Origin: a virus
Direction: 5' to 3' (one strand)
IMG/VR virus record: IMGVR_UViG_3300047494_000229
Span: 1 to 64,000 of that record
DNA: 64,000 nt
The notes below the pieces were generated by a model. It was not told the DNA's origin. It worked only from the letters and a program-made list of their open reading frames with translations, and made no database searches. Shown in pieces: positions 57,850 through 64,000 of this stretch; position 1 is the first letter of the stretch, and each line of letters begins with the position of its first letter. Made by a program: the position numbers and the translations under genes.

Positions 57850-58245
57850 TTAACTACGCTCCGCGATAGAAATTGAAATATGAGCCACTTGATTTGGTAC
57901 TGATTGCAAAGGATCAAAATAGCATGGTAATCCAAATAATCCAACGGCTCTCACAGTTTTAACTGTTAAAGCTTGGGCAAATAGCTTTTCGCCCGACAGC
58001 AGAATTAACTTATTAAGTTGAGGGGAATAAACATCTTGATAATTGGCAGGGATTTGTTTTCCCGGAATTAACGTAATAAAAGTATTATCAGTTTTTTGTC
58101 TACTTAAAAATATTTGAATTGCTTGTGCTACTACTGGAGAAATGGTAACAAGTAATGCGATCGCCGTTGCTCCTGTAGGTACTTGGTAGATTTGAGTTCG
58201 AGTGTTATTGATTGGAAGCGAAACGCTGTTTAAGTTTGTTGGCAT
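57850..58245 (-). CDS. putative tail structural protein
   Basis: IYQVP.G.TAI...KLIL.SGEKL motif. Confidence 0.55.
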   Translation of the reverse strand: MPTNLNSVSLPINNTRTQIYQVPTGATAIALLVTISPVVAQAIQIFLSRQKTDNTFITLIPGKQIPANYQDVYSPQLNKLILLSGEKLFAQALTVKTVRAVGLFGLPCYFDPLQSVPNQVAHISISIAERS

Positions 58246-60182
58246 TAGCTAAATATTAAAGCATTAATAAAACTATCTTCCTGCGATTCAATGTAAACAT
58301 TCTTATCAAATATAGCCGCAAAGTTACCAGTAAACTCAAATATGCAAGGTGGTGATGCGTGGGAAATGCTAGTTATTTCATTCCCATCATAAACAAAACT
58401 ATAAGCCACACGGTAGCTAGTGGACGGAAAATTACCTGTAATTGCAGAGGCGATCGCTCCTGTCAAGGGTGAAAACAACGAAAAATCGCTATCAGCAGTA
58501 GGAAGCGTAGCAACTACACCTGTTGTCCAATTAGAAATAGTAAATTGTTGTGTAGTATTTGGTACAACAGTAAAGCCGGAGAACTTGCGGATCTCTAGGG
58601 TATCTTGTCGTTGCAGATAAATATTAACGCCAAAGGGGTTGAACGAGCCTTTGCTATTATTGGCGATTACGTCTGGGTAGTCAGCGCGGATGGTTCCTGT
58701 TCCAGTCGCCGTACAAGGATAGGAAAGAGTTAGGGTGACTCCGTTGGTGATGGCAACATAGCTACTCCATGCGCCTGCTAGACTTTCACCAGATACCGTA
58801 GAGACGATTGCCCTAATCGCTTCACTCGCTGATGGGGTGTAAGTAGATGGTTCCGTGAATACCGCCGCGTTGCCGTTGATAATAACTTGCTGTCCTGCGG
58901 TGTTGGCTTGCAATCCCCCAAAAGCCCGTTGGGGCATTAGGGGGAAGTCGTAAGAACCAACTAACGCGTAACCAGCTAAAACATAGTAGCTCAACCCAAC
59001 GTTCGGGGCTACACGATACCAGTCCGCCTCACCATACACAACCCCAGCAGGTATCAGTTTCCCTAGCGGATTGTAATCACCGGATTGAGCGCGGGTAACT
59101 GGGTATGCCCCAAAGATTGAATTGGGCGTAACTTCATTATTGAGTTCGGCTACGGAGAAGAACGGTTTAATTGCCAGGGAGATCGCCTCCCCTGGCTGCA
59201 AATCATCAGAGGTGATAAACGGGGCTGTTAGCCTTGGTGTCCACGGGAAAAATGCTCCAAAATTCTGAAAATCCCTGCCACTACTATCTTGGGTTCTCAC
59301 ACTCCCATCGGTTCCGACAAAACCAATAAATTTGACCAGAACTAAGCCACTGAGCAAATCAGGGCTGCGCTGGTTATTGTATTCAAGTTCAATGCCGAAT
59401 TGCGTCCCTGATGGTAGCGCGTTTGGTAAATCATTATAAATCCAATACTGTGCCTCCCAACTGGGAAGAAACTTACTCAGGGTTTCGCCTGGGTATTTTG
59501 GGGTGGGGACTGTGGTAACAGGATTAATTGCAGCGATAGGGCGATCGCTCCCAACTCCCGTACTGGTATCACTCACATAAGTTGATGCGCCGCCAATTCG
59601 CACCCACCTACCAAGTGGGTATGGAAGGATTTGGGGTACATCCGAAGGCAAAATAACATCTGGGCTAGCACTTGGCGGACTCGGATCTCGATCCGAGTCG
59701 GCACGATATTCAAACCATTTTGAGGTGCTAGTTGCCCATCGTACCTGCCCATCTAGCCTGTCTCCGCCTGTGGGAAAACTCGTTAAATCGGCGACTGAGG
59801 GAGCCAAGGATAAATGAGAATCCCTGCTCAGTGCTAGTGTGGTTGGAAGGACGGTTTGCACCGATTGTGGTTGAATCCCTGTTCCGTATTGATAGGCTGG
59901 AACACGGGCGATTTGGACATGGGTGGAAGGGTCATTTGTTGCCCCCGCCGAAATCATGAAATACCGGACATCCCACCCCGCAGGCATTGTTGGGATGGTT
60001 ATGGTGATTTGTTGATTGGTGGTGTAGGCGATCGCCTCTGATACCGCAGGGATGTTAAATCCGGCGCGGTTTTGTAATTGGAATGAGAAATATAAGCTGC
60101 CTGCGGTGAGGTTTCCACCACTAGTTACCGCTATTCCAAATTGTGGGCAAGTTTGACCAACTCCGGCGTATTGTGCAAGCAT
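58245..60182 (-). CDS. tail fibre / tail-associated protein
   Basis: 645 aa beta-rich; GGNLTAGSLYF N-terminus; FINALIFS C-terminus. Confidence 0.6.
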   Translation of the reverse strand: MLAQYAGVGQTCPQFGIAVTSGGNLTAGSLYFSFQLQNRAGFNIPAVSEAIAYTTNQQITITIPTMPAGWDVRYFMISAGATNDPSTHVQIARVPAYQYGTGIQPQSVQTVLPTTLALSRDSHLSLAPSVADLTSFPTGGDRLDGQVRWATSTSKWFEYRADSDRDPSPPSASPDVILPSDVPQILPYPLGRWVRIGGASTYVSDTSTGVGSDRPIAAINPVTTVPTPKYPGETLSKFLPSWEAQYWIYNDLPNALPSGTQFGIELEYNNQRSPDLLSGLVLVKFIGFVGTDGSVRTQDSSGRDFQNFGAFFPWTPRLTAPFITSDDLQPGEAISLAIKPFFSVAELNNEVTPNSIFGAYPVTRAQSGDYNPLGKLIPAGVVYGEADWYRVAPNVGLSYYVLAGYALVGSYDFPLMPQRAFGGLQANTAGQQVIINGNAAVFTEPSTYTPSASEAIRAIVSTVSGESLAGAWSSYVAITNGVTLTLSYPCTATGTGTIRADYPDVIANNSKGSFNPFGVNIYLQRQDTLEIRKFSGFTVVPNTTQQFTISNWTTGVVATLPTADSDFSLFSPLTGAIASAITGNFPSTSYRVAYSFVYDGNEITSISHASPPCIFEFTGNFAAIFDKNVYIESQEDSFINALIFS

Positions 60183-60253
60183 AAAATTTGTTTTTTATTT
60201 AGGGATTGAAAATAGCGTTGCTCCCAAAATGATGCAGGCGATCGCTAGATTAT

Positions 60254-61879
60254 TCAAACAACAATTTTTGCATCAAATCTATTAAAAGATAAATTATTTG
60301 TTATTGTCTCTATTGCCGAAAAAATGGCAGTAGAGGCAATACCAGCCATGATGTTATATCCAACATCAGTGAAGTGAACCAAATCACTGCTACTGTAGTA
60401 AATGCTATTAGTACAAGATGCATATAAACCCATAGGAATATTATCTCCAATGTTGGCCACTGCATCAGCAAAAGTTTTCCAGTTAGTTAATATTAGTTGA
60501 TTTACTGCAAGCCTATTAGTTTCTTGATTCGCAGGAGTCCCAGTATTCTGCCTTGGTGTTAAAGTACAAATAACTACTTTATATCCTTTCGCTTTTCTTC
60601 CTAAACAATAAGTAACTAAATTATTATAAGCTTGGGTAATAGTCGCCCCAAAATATAAATCGTTTATGCCCTCCCAGCAAACTACAATATTATAATTTTT
60701 TGATGGATCATAAGCCCCATCAATTTGTGAATTTGCATCTGAAATCATTTGGACAGTAGTTTGTCCAGAAACACCGAAATTAGATGAGATTACACTATAT
60801 TGAGAATTAATAAGCGATTGAACACAATTTATGGAATAAGGCTGAGAACCGCCAACTCCAGCAGTTAAAGAATTGCCATCAAATACAATATTTAAAGTGA
60901 CAAGAGGAGCAAAAACGGTAATAGATATTGATGAAGGATTTGTTAATCCCCCATTATTAATGCAAGAAATTACTGTGGTTCCTACATTATTTGAAGTATA
61001 GGTTACTATTACTGAAGAAATTGATGGAGTTAACTGGACATTATTGCTGCTAAAAGTCCCGCCAGCCCCATTATCAGAAAAAGTAAAACTAATTGTATTA
61101 GTTAACTCAGTATTGTTGGGTAGTGATAAAGTTAAATTTAAAGATGATCCAACACTAGTACTATTAGCATTTGTAGAAAAATTATACGTTGTTGGAAGTG
61201 AAGGAGGTTGGTATGCATAAATTTGACATTCCGCAATAGTCCCATATTGTCCTAAAGGAGGTTTTAATTGAATATATCTTACAGATGACCCACTATTACT
61301 AAAAACAATTCCATAATCACCATTGCTATCGGATAATAAAGTTCCTCCTATATTTTCAGAAACAATAGGAGATGATAAATCTGAATTTTGACTCCAATAA
61401 ACATCAGCATTTTCTATTCTAGTGTCATAGGCATTAGAGATAGAATAGAACCTAGTTTCAAAAACTAAAAAATTAGCTCCTAAATCAACCTGCCAAGTAG
61501 ACCTAACTGTATCAGTATTACCACTCCAAAAAGTAGCATAATTTCCATCTATTGCTTTATCTGGAGTATAACTACTACTATAAGAATCACTAGCAGACGC
61601 TACCCCTATTAAAGCAATATTGACGGCAACATATAAAGGCTGTGTACTGGAAGTAGAGGGATCTGTAATAGTTAACTCAGAACTTATAGAGCCAATAGAA
61701 ACAGTAATAGTAGCACTAGTATTAGTAGTAATATTTTGTGCTGTAATCATGTTTCCACTTTTACCAGTTAAGGTAAAAACTGGATTAGTTAAAAGCCAAA
61801 AAGTGCCTACACCTGTTAAGGTAATGACATTTCCAGAAGTATTGGCAATTACATAAGATTTGTTTAGAGAAAAAGTCAT
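60254..61879 (-). CDS. discoidin (F5/8C) + SGNH hydrolase protein
   Basis: ASASDS..PDKAIDG...W...WQVDLG...RYIQL..AECQIY; SGNH blocks GNSLT, GVSGQ, GINDL, DLVHF. Confidence 0.8.
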   Translation of the reverse strand: MTFSLNKSYVIANTSGNVITLTGVGTFWLLTNPVFTLTGKSGNMITAQNITTNTSATITVSIGSISSELTITDPSTSSTQPLYVAVNIALIGVASASDSYSSSYTPDKAIDGNYATFWSGNTDTVRSTWQVDLGANFLVFETRFYSISNAYDTRIENADVYWSQNSDLSSPIVSENIGGTLLSDSNGDYGIVFSNSGSSVRYIQLKPPLGQYGTIAECQIYAYQPPSLPTTYNFSTNANSTSVGSSLNLTLSLPNNTELTNTISFTFSDNGAGGTFSSNNVQLTPSISSVIVTYTSNNVGTTVISCINNGGLTNPSSISITVFAPLVTLNIVFDGNSLTAGVGGSQPYSINCVQSLINSQYSVISSNFGVSGQTTVQMISDANSQIDGAYDPSKNYNIVVCWEGINDLYFGATITQAYNNLVTYCLGRKAKGYKVVICTLTPRQNTGTPANQETNRLAVNQLILTNWKTFADAVANIGDNIPMGLYASCTNSIYYSSSDLVHFTDVGYNIMAGIASTAIFSAIETITNNLSFNRFDAKIVV

Positions 61880-62256
61880 TAGTAATTAATTAACTCCGCA
61901 GCTAATGATATCTGGGTATTAGATTGATCTATTCTTCTGATACCTATTTGAGAAGCATTAGTAATGCCAGTAATTGTTTTTGCTGATTGTGCGGGAATTG
62001 GAAATGCACTTCCCACCCCTAATCGCTGATATTCAATATCAACGCTGGTATTATTAGCTAAAATTATTTGCTTACATTGGGTGCTAGGAAAAACATTGAA
62101 ATTAGTACCAGTAGCATTTGTTTGAATTGATGCAATGCTTACTGAATAATTGGTTTCCAACGAACCAGAAACTTGAACTGTCCCATCAAGGGCAACCGCG
62201 ATCGCCACTAAGTTTCCATTTTCATCAATCCCTCCCATTAATCTTGGGCTACTCAT
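61879..62256 (-). CDS. putative tail structural protein
   Basis: 125 aa, beta-rich. Confidence 0.5.
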   Translation of the reverse strand: MSSPRLMGGIDENGNLVAIAVALDGTVQVSGSLETNYSVSIASIQTNATGTNFNVFPSTQCKQIILANNTSVDIEYQRLGVGSAFPIPAQSAKTITGITNASQIGIRRIDQSNTQISLAAELINY

Positions 62257-62882
62257 AAATTAAACCCTGCCTTTTTTAATTGCTCAAATCCTTGTTGTTC
62301 TTCAAACATTTTTAAATCATGCTCACGCTGCAATTCTTCTAGAGCTTCTTTTCCACGCAAGCGATCGCCTACCTGTTTAGCTAATGCTGCTAATTGCGAG
62401 GGCGATCGCTCCTTACATAACCACTCAATTTGCCCAGGATTGGGCAGTAGTAGTAGTTCAGCCAACACATCAATCTCAAATTCCCCCGAAGTAATCCTAA
62501 CTTCCTTTCTTCCACTTCCGACTTCCGACTTCTCATAGTCATACCCCATCAGTAATTCCAGTCCTGAAATCCAAAATTCCCCTCGACTTTCAGCAGCCAC
62601 AAAGAAACTATGGCGAGATGCGGGAGATAGAGATGATGGATCGAAGTTTGGTAAGAGGCGTTCGCCCTTGGCGTGCTGGAGGCAATCGCCTATCTTCTGG
62701 TAATACTTTGCAAAGTTCTCAAACAGTAAGCTGTCGGTTTCTACAAGGTGATGGTGCGGGAGTGATCGCACTCGATTCAGGAGTTCTAGGTGATACGCAC
62801 GGGCGATCGGTGCTAATTCCAAGCTGGGTGCGCCAACCAAGAAAAAGTCATCATGAGTATCTAATCGCCAAAAATTTAGCAC
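62253..62882 (-). CDS. putative tail assembly chaperone
   Basis: Follows the candidate tail tube gene. Confidence 0.4.
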   Translation of the reverse strand: MLNFWRLDTHDDFFLVGAPSLELAPIARAYHLELLNRVRSLPHHHLVETDSLLFENFAKYYQKIGDCLQHAKGERLLPNFDPSSLSPASRHSFFVAAESRGEFWISGLELLMGYDYEKSEVGSGRKEVRITSGEFEIDVLAELLLLPNPGQIEWLCKERSPSQLAALAKQVGDRLRGKEALEELQREHDLKMFEEQQGFEQLKKAGFNL

Positions 62883-63691
62883 GCTAACTGCTCTGTGGTG
62901 TAATACATTTGATAGCCCAATCCAGTGCCGTCGTTGGGGTCGGGAAGGACGCGTAATTTAACTTCCCTTTTTGGATCTGTTCCCAACTGTCCTGCGGGAA
63001 GTCTTGAACAGTTATTAGCTTGAAAGCCTGCAAAGTTACCGTTAAAATCAACACCCATCGCCTTTACTGTGACTACATCCAAGAGTTGGGATGTAATAAT
63101 TGTGGCTTGGCTAAAGACGCAAGGAACCCAGCCGCGAATTGTGGCGTTAGATGCTGCCAAACTCTCACTGAGAGTAACAGCTAAATGTGCGCCGATAGTA
63201 ATTTGATCGCCCGTTGGAGCGGAAGTTACGATCGCCACTTGTCGAGCCAATTTTGTTTCTGGGTCAATGTAGTAAATTTCAGGATTAGCGTTTGCAGTTT
63301 GGGCTACCACTTCGTATCCCGCTTGCCCCGTAGCTCTAGGGGCGATCGCTGCCGAGTTCATGACAGCTTCAAAATAAACGAATCCATTGACGTTGCTAGC
63401 AGATGCTAGTATGCGCCCGTGAGTAAAGGTATCAATCTCCGGCGCACCAACCGAAAATTCCAGCGATATCTCTGGTTTGAATCCTTGGATGTAGGTAAAA
63501 GCAGTAACATCCTCACCTTGACAGGTGACATCCCCTAACTCTTTTAAATCTTCGTTTTGGGAAATCGTCAGTGTTGTAGGTGCAACAATGATTGGGAAAG
63601 GAAACAACACAGGACTGCCAGAGATGATCGCCTGTCTTGAAAGTGAAATACGAGAAACGGTTCTTAATCCATACTTGGAATCTACAGACAT
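62876..63691 (-). CDS. putative major tail tube protein
   Basis: 271 aa beta-rich; lies between the terminator-like and chaperone-like genes. Confidence 0.5.
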   Translation of the reverse strand: MSVDSKYGLRTVSRISLSRQAIISGSPVLFPFPIIVAPTTLTISQNEDLKELGDVTCQGEDVTAFTYIQGFKPEISLEFSVGAPEIDTFTHGRILASASNVNGFVYFEAVMNSAAIAPRATGQAGYEVVAQTANANPEIYYIDPETKLARQVAIVTSAPTGDQITIGAHLAVTLSESLAASNATIRGWVPCVFSQATIITSQLLDVVTVKAMGVDFNGNFAGFQANNCSRLPAGQLGTDPKREVKLRVLPDPNDGTGLGYQMYYTTEQLAC

Positions 63692-63692
63692 A

Positions 63693-64000
63693 TTACTTAA
63701 CCAATACGCAGGGAACAGTTAAACTGACAACATAAAAATAAATACCACTGTCGTTTTTCGCAAAGCGATCGCTCTCTAAATAAGCTTCTCCAATTGCACC
63801 ATTGACGCATGGGTGGAATCCCATTAATAAATTTTCTATATCTTCAACTAGGGCGATCGCCTTATTTTCATTTCTAAAATCCTTAATTTCAACTGATACT
63901 TGAAAAGTCCGATTGCAAGGTTGAAATCCGACCGATTCAACAGTATCCGGTGGCGTGAAAGTGGCAGACGTATAACCAATTCTTAAGGTGTAATCACTGG
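63693..64000 (-). CDS. tail terminator-like protein (Mu gp37-like), partial
   Basis: Manual translation ...TFQVSVEIKDFRNENKAIALVEDIENLLMGFHP...GIYFYVVSLTV; 5' end lies outside the window. Confidence 0.5.
   Translation of the reverse strand, partial: SDYTLRIGYTSATFTPPDTVESVGFQPCNRTFQVSVEIKDFRNENKAIALVEDIENLLMGFHPCVNGAIGEAYLESDRFAKNDSGIYFYVVSLTVPCVLVK

Larger units (their letters stand above)
1..64000. mobile_element. Temperate cyanophage/prophage segment (siphovirus-like), host probably Nostocales
   Basis: Tape measure, tail, integrase, replication, repressor and annealase genes throughout; no host housekeeping genes recognised; dense HIP1 and an STRR repeat. Confidence 0.9.

Noticed and set aside
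1-64000. CRISPR array, cas6, cas1/cas2, dinG, tRNA or rRNA genes
   Set aside because: No repeat-spacer run or recognisable motifs seen by eye

Overview
The whole window reads as part of a temperate, probably long-tailed phage or prophage of a filamentous, likely heterocyst-forming cyanobacterium: it is saturated with HIP1 (GCGATCGC) and carries a TTGGTCA STRR tandem repeat. It contains tail genes at both ends (tape measure 3.5-7.9 kb; tail tube, fibre and receptor-binding candidates 51-64 kb). A large serine integrase with a candidate intact attP lies in the middle. Next come a replication module with intragenic iterons, an immunity region with two XRE repressors and a PAS-like protein, and early genes (DHH and HD hydrolases, Rad52-like annealase, C5 methylase). 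An FtsK/coupling-ATPase module and a non-autonomous IS200/IS605 remnant follow. No capsid or terminase gene was recognised. The main result is an array-less type IV-B CRISPR effector operon (cas11-csf2-csf3-cysH-csf1, 32.9-37.0 kb) and a separate cupin / radical-SAM / NMP-kinase / radical-SAM operon (40.9-44.1 kb). Each operon contains a small overlapping ORF missed by the ORF track. The two microproteins are clear paralogues (QDHGxDCxCxxCQxDxxTIxKNPE; 22 of 37 core residues identical), which suggests the operons may form one undescribed system. All family calls come from motif recognition by eye; no database searches were run.
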